A stretch of DNA of 62,956 bases, filler included, from Octopus bimaculoides (taxonomy: Eukaryota): assembly GCF_001194135.2 (NCBI RefSeq). It is 5 parts of 5 records of this genome, joined end to end, with 100 filler letters (N's around TTAATTAATTAA, not from the genome) between each part and the next. Parts side by side here need not be neighbours in the genome. Positions count along the whole stretch, not along the records: positions 1 to 18,721 come from NC_068984.1; 4 more parts are not named here. One strand, 5' to 3'. A program made the position numbers and the translations under genes. Under the pieces are notes generated by a model, which made no database searches, had not been told where the DNA came from, and worked only from the letters and a program-made list of their open reading frames with translations. Positions 1-10,536 of the stretch are shown here, one piece after another. Each line of letters begins with the position of its first letter. Positions within the stretch are counted from its first letter, which is position 1.

Positions 1-484
1 AAGATTATTTTTTTTCCAAATATATATATATATATATATAAAACGAAACGAAAAACAAACAAGCAAAGCAAATACAGACCACTTCTAAATGAATGTCTTT
101 AACAATAAGACTAATTGTTAAGGATCGGAAATGAAATAAGAAGATATTTAGCATTATCTATCAGCCCACCCTGCTTAAACTAGAAAGAAAAAACCCAATA
201 TCTTCATACATACATACATACATGCATAGTTTCCGTCTACTCAATCCACTCATAAAGCTTTGGTCGGCCCAAGGCTATAGTAGAAGACACTTACCCAAGG
301 TGCCACGCAGTGGGAATGAACCCGGAACCATGTGGCTGGGGAGCAAGCTTCTTACCACACAGCCACACCTGCACCTACACCTACACAGTCACGTTGTATT
401 ATGTGGTAATGTTTTATCAAGTAGAAAAGCACTCGATCAGCTAAGAGAGTAAAGATAATCTTATAATAAAAATTACAAGTCTTG

Positions 485-494
485 TTAAATACAG
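485..494 (-). CDS. Possible terminal coding exon (C TGT ATT TAA) of the IB-like gene
   Basis: Strong acceptor TTTTCTTTCTTTGTTTTCTTCCATGTAG| at 495. A phase-2 join with exon 7080-7267 gives ...NTE-S-C-I-stop and supplies an eighth Cys. No canonical poly(A) signal seen; could be chance. Confidence 0.25.
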
Positions 495-544
495 CTACAT
501 GGAAGAAAACAAAGAAAGAAAAACACAAGAGATAATCAGTGCTA

Positions 545-2660
545 CAATAATTCGATGTAAACAAGGTATTTATGGTTTACTTGGTGTTCGGTGGCCTACT
601 TTTAAATTCCGACAAGATGTATTTCTTAAAATGCGGACAAATTCCTGGAACTTATGTATTCGTTAGAGGTCTTCAAGTTTTTTAAGAGATGTAATTTTCC
701 AACAGAATATACTAAGCATTGACACCGTTAAGATCTGGTTTTAGAGAGGATTTTCCATTTGATGTCGAAGCTGGTCCCTTTGTCTTTAATTTCCAGATTA
801 CAGCCAAAAGGATCGTCGAATGTCTCTTATTACGGTGTCTAAAATTCGAAAGATAGTTGTTATATCTGATTTTAAATTTACCTTCCACGGCTCTGATATA
901 ACTTTTGTCGTAGTTCGCAGAAACCTGTGATATGCATCAAGAGCGGGCTTGAGTCGTCTGTTGCTTCTTGATATATGACTTAATATTAGGGGGACATGAA
1001 TAAGTAATTTTAATCGTGTGTCGGTTATAATTTTTATTGTATCTATTGGTTCTAGGGAAAACAAAAGAACCTTAAATACGAGGGAAACCACTTGATGATA
1101 CCTTCAGGTATCAGTCTGCCGGCCGGTGTCGTCGTTCTTGAAAAAGGTCCGGATCAACTTCCAACTGTTCTTACGGTTCCCGACACGCATTCAGTCGTGA
1201 CTACTTTTGATCTTCTGCGAGGCACAAATTTTGCTGAAACTCTTTTCATGCGCAATTCCTCACTCAAAATTCGTTGGTAGGAGCTCCAGGTAATACCAAT
1301 CATATCAACAAATTCGTCAACTGTTCAGCGATGGTCCTCCAAGATCATTTCATGAATTTTCGTGATGTTTTTATTCGTATTTTTGGATCAACAATTATTG
1401 TGCAGATACGCCTTGCCATACTGTATGGAATGTTCTTTTTGATGTGTGAAAGATAGCAAGAGTAGAAGTTCAAGTATTGATGCGTGTCCGTTTTTATTGT
1501 AAAATATGTCCGTTGTGACTGCAGAGTCGCGTATTTTTATGTGAATGTCTATGACTGGTATGTCATTATAATTGGTCTCTGTCGTGAATTTGATAGATTG
1601 GTGAAGAGTGGTGAGGATGTTATTAGATATTTGTAGATAATCATTTGATCTATCCCCCAAATTGAAGCTGTCATCGAGGAAGCGTTTCCACTTTTCAATG
1701 ATATATTTTGAATTCTCTACTTCGTCGTATAGTTTTTTCTAAGAAGCCCATGACCAGGTTGGTATATGAAGGTGCAAATTTTGTCCCCATAGCCGTGTCC
1801 TTTGTCTGTCGATATATTCCATTATCAAAGCTAAAGGAGTTCCCTTCTAGTGCCAGGCATGTGACCTTGTTAACGAAGTCCGTTTTGAAGCGTTCGCTTA
1901 TCCTCCCTCTATGTTTTTTCTATCCAGCGTTTGATTACTTTCAGGCCGTAAGTGCGAGGTATATTAGTATAAAGGTTAGTGACGTCGACAATTGTAAATT
2001 GTAAACTTTGGGGTTTATTGGTCAGTTACCCTGTTTATTGTTCCAATGAGGCTTGAGATGGATAAAACTGCAGCTTGTTCCCCATTCTTAATGTCAGCAG
2101 GTGCCATCTAAATAAAATTTACCAAAAACCTGGGCTCTATCAGTTTCAGTCCTTGTGTTTGTTCGTTTTTCTGTTTTGCATTTCGAGTTTTTGTCCTTGT
2201 TCTTGTCTTTGCTTTTAGTTTCAGGCTTGAGAGCATCACTTTTCCTGGCTGCATCGCTTGTTTGCCCGTCTCCATTTTTCACTATAGTTGCGTTTCGACT
2301 GTTTTCGTTGCATCCGTTGTTGCTTCGAGTACTGTTTTTTTAGGACGGGTGGTGCTCGTGGCTACTTTCTTTTTTGATGCCGTCTGTCTATCCTTCGTAG
2401 GTTTCAGAACATGCTAGGTCATCATTGACCACTTCGTCTGTTTCATTAATAATGTTGTCTAGGAAGTCGAGGTGTAGTTTGATAAGAGCATAGGAGAGTA
2501 TGAACTCCTGATTTTTTTTCGCTCGATTTATGCCATAGACCTATGGAAAATCTAGCTTTTAAGGCTACTGCTATTAGGTCTCTCAACGGACATTCCTCAC
2601 TCATGTCCCACGATGGAAGAAAGAGTCGAAGTTCATCAAACTATTAATTTCGACGCATCT
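545..2660 (-). mobile_element. Decayed Penelope-like retroelement (RT + GIY-YIG), frameshifted
   Basis: Minus-strand RT motifs VDVTNLYTNIP (~1955-1990), TAMGTKFAPSYTNLVMGFL (~1739-1795) and WKRFLDD (~1670-1690). GIY-YIG-like YIRAVEGKFKIRYNNYLSNFRHRNKRHSTILLAVIWKLKDKG (~780-930). K/T-rich N-terminal region to ~2600. Confidence 0.9.
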
Positions 2661-3856
2661 TTTGTATTTTGTTTGCCTCAATCTGGCTCGGTACAAGTTC
2701 GCGGCTTTTGGTGTACATTTGTTGATTTTACGTAGTATAAAAGTACAGTCACAATATACATGCATACACACACACACACACACACANNNNNNNNNNNNNN
2801 NNNNNNNNNNNNNNNNNNNNNNNNNNNNNNNNNNNNNNNNNNNNNNNNNNNNNNNNNNNNNNNNNNNNNNNNNNNNNNNNNNNNNNNNNNNNNNNNNNNN
2901 NNNNNNNNNNNNNNNNNNNNNNNNNNNNNNNNNNNNNNNNNNNNNNNNNNNNNNNNNNNNNNNNNNNNNNNNNNNNNNNNNNNNNNNNNNNNNNNNNNNN
3001 NNNNNNNNNNNNNNNNNNNNNNNNNNNNNNNNNNNNNNNNNNNNNNNNNNNNNNNNNNNNNNNNNNNNNNNNNNNNNNNNNNNNNNNNNNNCGATGTACC
3101 CAACAAAGTACGATGACTTCTGTTCATCCTTATATATCCGTGAAAGAGGCTGGCTTTATCCAGTTGCATCTCGGTAACACGTGCTTTTACAGAATAATAT
3201 TCAGCACTGAATATATTCTAATTATTTATAATATAATATAGGATAAAATCTTTATAAGAATTTATCAAGTAGTCAGCGTGAAAAAATCCCATAAGGAAAA
3301 AAACCCATCGTTTTTTTTCCATAAATATATATAATTTATATAAGGGCATTATTATATAGTAATGCCTCACGCTTAGAGGGACCAAATAAGTCAAAACTAC
3401 CAAAAAATAATCACATATTTACCGAAAGCGAGGGAATGCAACTTTAAAAAATTAACCTCCTAAAAACATGAAACATAAAACAAGAATATTGGCAGTGTCA
3501 AATTTCAAGGTCTCATCTAGCTAAGCCATCAGTCCAATGATGGCTTAGCTGGCTGAAACTTCGAAGTCACTCTCAATGCTGTTCTTGTTAAAGAATAAGT
3601 TTATACTCCACCAAATGTATTAAGTATTTGCAATACAAATGTATCCTTCAGTTTAATGTAAAGTCACTTTTAGCATAACAAAAACAAACATTAATATACA
3701 TATGTAGGGTGTGTGCTAAGAGACTGCTTCCCAGTTACATGGTTCCGAGTTCAGTCTCACTGCGTAGTATCTTGGGCAAGTATCTTCCACTATAGTCTAG
3801 GGCCGACTAAAGACTTGTAAGTGGATTTCGCAGATGGAAACTGAAAGATGCCTGTC

Positions 3857-3906
<50 letters not shown>

Positions 3907-4427
3907 NNNNNNNNNNCCTGTCGTGTATATATATATCTGTGTATGAGTGTATGTGTGAGAATGTGTGTGTCTATGTGTGTGTGCATGTGTATGTGTATTT
4001 GTGGTTGTGGTTGTCCCCCACGATCATTTGACGATCGGCGTTGGTGTATGTACGAAGTCAACCCAAATATAGATATTTTGAATCATTTAATACGTACATT
4101 TCATGTCTACGTAATATATAATAGGATATAATAGGAAATACATCCATTATATAAGACTTCTTTAGTTAAAACATTTCAAAATGTATACACACACAGACTC
4201 AAATATATACATACATATATNNNNNNNNNNNNNNNNNNNNNNNNNNNNNNNNNNNNNNNNNNNNNNNNNNNNNNNNNNNNNNNNNNNNNNNNNNNNNNNN
4301 NNNNNNNNNNNNNNNNNNNNNNNNNNNNNNNNNNNNNNNNNNNNNNNNNNNNNNNNNNNNNNNNNNNNNNNNNNNNNNNNNNNNNNNNNNNNNNNNNNNN
4401 NNNNNATATATATATATATATATATAC

Positions 4428-5840
4428 ACCAATCATCACTGCCAAAATTTGGCATCTCATTACATTGCTATTTAAAGGAGAGCTGGAAGATGTATTTGGA
4501 CGATTGCTTTATAGTTTGGAAAGACAGCATGGACAAACTCCTCGATTTCCAAATAATGCTTAACAATATTAATAGCAACATACAATTCACCATGGAGCAC
4601 AGCAATAAACAACTACCTTCTCTTGACATCCTAATTAAAATTGTCAATAACCACATCGAAACAAACATCTTCTATAAGCCCACAGATTCTAAACAATACC
4701 TATTATTCAACTCCTGCCACCCCAAACACATAAAAATTAACATACCATATAATCTAGCGAAAAGAATCTGTTTCGGATACTGATACTCGTGAACAAAGAC
4801 TCCTTGAACTCAGATCAATACTAATCAAAAGACATTACCCAATATCATTAATAAATGATGGCATTAAACGAGCTAAGGACATAGATATACGAACATTAAG
4901 GGAAGTCAACGGAAATACTACACGGAACTAAAAGATACTCCCGTACATCTCCACACAACCCTAGAAACAATGAAACCTTCAGCATCATCATCCAAATTCT
5001 ATCCATTCTCACAGGTGATAAAACAATGAACAAAATTTTAGGCTCACATAAAATTATCAAAAGCAAAATGCAACCGAAATCAATGAAAAAAATATTAACC
5101 AGTGCAAGACTATATCCATTAGCAACGGAACCAAAAGTAAAAAAAATGTGGTCGACCTAACCTTTTGGAGGGTTCACAGTTCCACTTTAAACAAGGTGAA
5201 ATATTTAAGATTAAATCAAATTTCACCTGTGCTTCTGAAAACCTAATCTATGCCATTGCATGCTTAGGGTTTGGTAATCATTATATTGGCCAAACAGGAA
5301 AATCACTCCGTCGAAGAAACACTCTCCACAAAGAACAAATCCGCCACCCACAATACAGACAGATACAGGTTAGTGGACACATAGAAAGGTGTGCTAGGAA
5401 CCTTAATCCTAATTTCCTAATTTTCCCCTTCTATCAATGTTCACAGAACACCTCAGTACAGCAAAGAATGAATAAAGAGGCAACTTTCATCAGTAAATAT
5501 CTTCCACAACTCAATATGAACACATAACATAATACACAACACTACTAACCTTTCAATTAATACCACTAACCCCCATACATCCCATACACCATTCACATTA
5601 CAGATTTATATCTACCTTAATTGCACCAAGTCCAGAACTACTTACCTCCCTTACACATAATCTTTTTACTCAGGGACTAGTAGACCCGACACCGTTCGGT
5701 AATCGGTGCGCATTCAAAGCAGTGAACAGAAATTTTACGAAACCAGTATGCCTTTGAATCTCTTTAACAATTCACAATAACGACTTTTATTACTTTTATT
5801 CCTACCTCAGTTCATCTTATTGTATATATCTATCGTATCT
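4428..5840 (+). mobile_element. Penelope-like retroelement, 3' half (RT C-terminus/thumb, GIY-YIG, 3' terminal repeat)
   Basis: WKMYLDDCFIVW...YKPTDSKQYLLFNSCHPKHIKINIPYNLAKRIC, then FTCASENLIYAIACLGFGNHYIGQTG...EATFISKYLPQLN (ORF 5165-5527). The 5' part falls in an N gap. Confidence 0.92.
5712..5759 (+). ncRNA. Decayed hammerhead motif in the 3' repeat of the Penelope element at 4428-5840
   Basis: Stem I ATTCAAAGCA/TGCCTTTGAAT (10 bp, 1 bulge); core GTGAACA (2 changes from CTGAAGA); GAAA; ACCAGT (1 change from palindrome ACCGGT); GUA triplet. Confidence 0.5.
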
Positions 5841-7079
5841 TTTCATAAAAAGCCTTTACTTTTTTGATTTCCAATGTGCATTTTCGCTTATTTATCTTCT
5901 TACTTTCCCCCTACATTTCCACATGTAGTTTCTATTTTCTTTTTGTAACATATTTCGATTATATATATANNNNNNNNNNNNNNNNNNNNNNNNNNNNNNN
6001 NNNNNNNNNNNNNNNNNNNNNNNNNNNNNNNNNNNNNNNNNNNNNNNNNNNNNNNNNNNNNNNNNNNNNNNNNNNNNNNNNNNNNNNNNNNNNNNNNNNN
6101 NNNNNNNNNNNNNNNNNNNNNNNNNNNNNNNNNNNNNNNNNNNNNNNNNNNNNNNNNNNNNNNNNNNNNNNNNNNNNNNNNNNNNNNNNNNNNNNNNNNN
6201 NNNNNNNNNNNNNNNNNNNNNNNNNNNNNNNNNNNNNNNNNNNNNNNNNNNNNNNNNNNNNNNNNNNNNNNNNNNNNNNNNNNNNNNNNNNNNNNNNTGT
6301 GTGTGTGTGTGTGTGTGTGTATATGTTTGTGTGTCTGTGTTTGTCCCCCCAACATCGCTTGACAACCAATGGGGGTGTGTTTATGTCCCCGTAACTTAGC
6401 GGTTCGGCAAAAAGAGACCGATAGAATAAGTACTAGGCTCACAAAGAATAGGTCCTGGGGTCGACTTGCACGACTAAAGGCGGTGCTCCAGCATGGCCAC
6501 AGTCAAATGACTGAAACAAGTAAAAGAGTAAAGAGTAAATAGTAACGTTAAGGTAAAACTCAGCTCCTAAATGAAATTGTATAACCATGTTGTTGCTCCC
6601 TAAGAGAACAACACTGTTCAAAACCCAGGCTTAAGGACATCAGGCAATCCAAATCTCCAGTCTAATCACAAACGCTCCGAACTGACAACATCAGAACAAA
6701 ACGTTTTCGTTTGCCTTGTAACATCTGAACTCGTTAAGGAAACGCCAGCTGTACCTAAGGTCAAAACAGTGACCTACGTTCCCCATCCCAACATATGTAC
6801 GTATAAATATCAAAACAAGTCAAACCTTACCAGACACTCCTCCTTCCCCCCTACTATTACTATTCCTTTTCTCTCTTTCTATCACTTTTTCTCTTCTTTA
6901 TCAACATAGAACAACTACACAATCTAGGCACTTAGTACAATCATATCAATTCCATCGCCCTCCATGAATTTATACACACAGTTAGTCCAAATACACACAG
7001 GTCCGCTAATATTATCAGTAAACCAGTAAACGTTCTCACCAATAAAATAAAATGCATGTTAATAAACATTTTTCCATAC

Positions 7080-7267
7080 CTTTCTGTATTTGAATTACAG
7101 CTTTCGCCCTGTAGAACGGCACATGCTGAACAATCTGAACATCTCGCATCAACGGTAATGCAACCGTCTGTTATAGTTGGGCAACCCCCACTGCAGTCTA
7201 CCGCAACTGCTGCAGTAAAAAGCATTGACATAAAGGCCACGAAAAATACAACTCTGATGGAGTTCAT
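7080..7267 (-). CDS. First coding exon of a small secreted cysteine-rich protein with a reduced IGFBP N-terminal (IB/SIBD/perlustrin-like) domain
   Basis: ATG in ACCATGA context. Hydrophobic signal peptide MNSIRVVFFVAFMSMLFTAAVA, then VDCSGGCPTITDGCITVDARCSDCSACAVLQGESCNSNTE. C-x2-C-x2-CA-x3-GESC matches the IB motif GCGCCxxCAxxxGExC with one Cys replaced. Consensus donor AG|GTATGG at 7080/7079 (phase 2); protein-like character stops at the donor. Confidence 0.85.
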
Positions 7268-7320
7268 GGTGATATCAGGCGTATTAAGTTGTTCAATATC
7301 ATAAAATGAATAGCGGGGAA

Positions 7321-7328
7321 CTTATATA
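7321..7328 (-). promoter_or_regulatory. Candidate TATA box (TATATAAG) upstream of the IB-like exon; its terminal AG could instead be a weak splice acceptor
   Basis: Minus strand reads TATATAAG ending 53 nt before the ATG; no other AG lies between it and the ATG. Confidence 0.3.
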
Positions 7329-7564
7329 GTTTGACAAATAATTGATTTATTAAAAAAATTATATTCAAACTGGCGACAGCTGATGCATTTTCTTTTTTAA
7401 CAACCTTAAAAAGTATTTATTTTTATGATTTTCGATTATTTATGCTATTATTATTATTATTTACAACCACAATACTATTGAAAAATATACTTACATACAT
7501 ATACACAAACGTGTGTGTAGGTGTGTCTGCGCGTGCACTCCCCACCTCGCACGAACACACACAT

Positions 7565-7943
7565 AAACATATGTACTCTTTTATTCTTTTACTTGTTACT
7601 GCGGCCATGCTGGAGCACCGCCTTTTACTCGGGCAAATCGATCCCAAGACTTATTCTTTCAAAAGCCGAGCACGTATACTAGCGGTCTCTTTTGCCGAAC
7701 CGTTAGTTACGGACACACAGACACCAGCATTGGTTGTCAAGTGATGGTGGTGGGGAGGCATAAACACACAAAAATATATTCATATACGACGGGCTTCTTC
7801 TAGTTTCCGTCTACCAAATCCACTCGCAAGGCTTTGGTCGGCTCGACACTATAGTAGAAGACCCTTGCCGAAGGTGCCACGCAGTGGGACTGAACCCGGA
7901 ACCATGCGGTTGGGAAGCAAGCTTCTTATCACAGAGCCACGCC

Positions 7944-7945
<2 letters not shown>
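7565..7945 (-). mobile_element. SINE family A copy just upstream of the IB-like exon
   Basis: Reverse complement of the 25642-26052 type, from head to tail. Confidence 0.9.
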
Positions 7946-7979
<34 letters not shown>

Positions 7980-8104
7980 NNNNNNNNNNNNNNNNNNNNN
8001 NNNNNNNNNNNNNNNNNNNNNNNNNNNNNNNNNNNNNNNNNNNNNNNNNNNNNNNNNNNNNNNNNNNNNNNNNNNNNNNNNNNNNNNNNNNNNNNNNNNN
8101 NNNN

Positions 8105-8560
8105 GTTATATACCATAAACAAGTATAAAAAAAATAGAGAGAAGATGTTGAAACAGAAATAGGTTTATTATAAAACTGGATTCAATGCATACGTACGTTT
8201 CGAAAAACAATGCAAAAAATTTAAGAAAAATTAAAAATCATAATGATTAAAATTATAATTGAAAATAAACAATTAAACAATTAAAATTAAGAATAAAAAT
8301 AAAATTTAAAATTTAATTTATACATTGTCATTCTCATCAGTGAAAGGATCTTTTGAAGGACATCAGACAAGTTTAATAAGATGAAGTAATAGGAGATAAA
8401 AAAATAAATAAAATGAAAATAAAATAAGACACAATAAGAGAACATAGATGGGGCAATAGGGAAAATCTGGTAATTTACAAACGAAGTTGTGAACGGGAAA
8501 GACAATGATATCAACAATATTACTGGTGAGAGAGACGAAAAAGAAAAATACAAAATGTAT
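8105..8560 (-). mobile_element. Probable Penelope-like pseudo-LTR or non-autonomous remnant carrying a hammerhead motif
   Basis: Pyrimidine-rich minus strand leading into an intact hammerhead core; no ORF retained. Confidence 0.5.
8181..8345 (-). ncRNA. Type I hammerhead ribozyme motif with intact core and a long stem II insert
   Basis: CTGATGA (8340-8334); stem II GAATGACAATG/CATTGTTTTTC (10 of 11 pairs, 110-nt loop); GAAA (8201-8198); palindromic stem III ACGTACGT; GUA triplet, predicted cut between 8190 and 8189. Stem I is short and imperfect. Confidence 0.75.
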
Positions 8561-8624
8561 ATCAATGCGTATGCAAATGCATGTGTGCAGTGAAACTATA
8601 ACATAAGAATGAAACGGATGTGTT

Positions 8625-8641
8625 TAATAATAATAATAATG

Positions 8642-8688
<47 letters not shown>

Positions 8689-8850
8689 GATAATAATAAT
8701 AATAATAATGATAATAATAATAAACACCGTTATAACCGAAATACAGTGTAAACAAAGCCACGTGTGTCCATTAGAGTATAATGTACTCTAATAGACACGC
8801 GTATTTAGTCTAGAACGGTGTTTATTATTATTATTATTATTATTATATTC
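8625..8850. repeat. (ATA)n followed by an opposite-orientation (ATT)n tract
   Basis: Directly visible. Confidence 0.9.
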
Positions 8851-10536
8851 TTATTACCTGTTTTGGTTGTTTTTCATGAATATGATGAATCCTTATTAGA
8901 AATCATCTTTTCTCTCTTTTTGGATCCCCTCAAAAGTTTGAATTGTTCTTTTCGAACTTACCTTTTCTCCTATATATTTATGTACATTATATATTATATG
9001 TATATACATATATGTACTAATAAATACTAATAGGCGCAGGAGTGGCTGTGTGGTAAGTAGCTTGCTTACCTCACACCTGTTCGGACGTGTTTTTTAGCTG
9101 CTCCTGTCGCGTCGCTGTATGCCAGCGTCGTGAATTTTTGACGCACAACTACAGGTAAGACTTTTGTGTTTTTTTGGATTTAGTGGGGGTTTGTTGCTCG
9201 TGTTTATTTATATTTATGTCGAACAAGAAACCTCCACTGAGTTCCACGCATTTGTTTGCCGTAGTTGTGCTTAAAGTCTCACTTAGCGGTGAGAAGTGTG
9301 TTTTGGGGGCGTATCCCGCCTACAAAAATTGTGAACTTTGTTTTTGTGTTCCTGTTGCTGTGTTCCTGCTACTATTTAGTTGGCCTGGAGTACTGGTGGC
9401 CGGAAGACTGTATTGTGAAATTTTAGTTACCAATTTTTGTTGAATTTATTGGTGAGATTTGTGAAGCTTTGTTCCGGTTGCTACACCAGTCGGCCGGGAG
9501 TACCAGTTGGCGGGAAGATTGAAGTTGCTGTGTTTCGGACTGTTTTCTTTCCTTCTTTCTTCCTTTGCTTTTTTTTCTATNNNNNNNNNNNNNNNNNNNN
9601 NNNNNNNNNNNNNNNNNNNNNNNNNNNNNNNNNNNNNNNNNNNNNNNNNNNNNNNNNNNNNNNNNNNNNNNNNNNNNNNNNNNNNNNNNNNNNNNNNNNN
9701 NNNNNNNNNNNNNNNNNNNNNNNNNNNNNNNNNNNNNNNNNNNNNNNNNNNNNNNNNNNNNNNNNNNNNNNNNNNNNNNNNNNNNNNNNNNNNNNNNNNN
9801 NNNNNNNNNNNNNNNNNNNNNNNNNNNNNNNNNNNNNNNNNNNNNNNNNNNNNNNNNNNNNNNNNNNNNNNNNNNNNNNNNNNNNNNNNNNNNNNNNNNN
9901 NNNNNNNNNNNNNNNNNNNNNNNNNNNNNNNNNNNNNNNNNNNNNNNNNNNNNNNNNNNNNNNNNNNNNNNNNNNNNNNNNNNNNNNNNNNNNNNNNNNN
10001 NNNNNNNNNNNNNNNNNNNNNNNNNNNNNNNNNNNNNNNNNNNNNNNNNNNNNNNNNNNNNNNNNNNNNNNNNNNNNNNNNNNNNNNNNNNNNNNNNNNN
10101 NNNNNNNNNNNNNNNNNNNNNNNNNNNNNNNNNNNNNNNNNNNNNNNNNNNNNNNNNNNNNNNNNNNNNNNNNNNNNNNNNNNNNNNNNNNNNNNNNNNN
10201 NNNNNNNNNNNNNNNNNNNNNNNNNNNNNNNNNNNNNNNNNNNNNNNNNNNNNNNNNNNNNNNNNNNNNNNNNNNNNNNNNNNNNNNATATATATATATA
10301 TATATATATACACGACAAGAAATAATGTTTGTCTCTTTTTATGGAAACAAAAGTGTTTATAGGACTGCAAAAAAGAAGTGTTCAAATATAATTGAGACAG
10401 AGATAAGAAACATTGATCATAGAACAAACATCAAATTCGAGTCAACGGCTTCATATATAACCCCATACTGCCAAACATTTGATCATATATAAATATATAA
10501 ATGTCACCATGGTTCTTAAACATATAAAGCATACAT

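Noticed and set aside
6690-6730. AG|ATGT site as alternative exon 2 of the IB gene (RCYKANENVLF*)
   Set aside because: Poor polypyrimidine tract, no C11/C12, and it lies in probable retroelement debris.
6941-7079. C-terminal half of the 108-aa ORF 6941-7267 (YGKMFINMHF…)
   Set aside because: It lies beyond a consensus donor and loses Cys-pattern similarity; interpreted as intron read-through.
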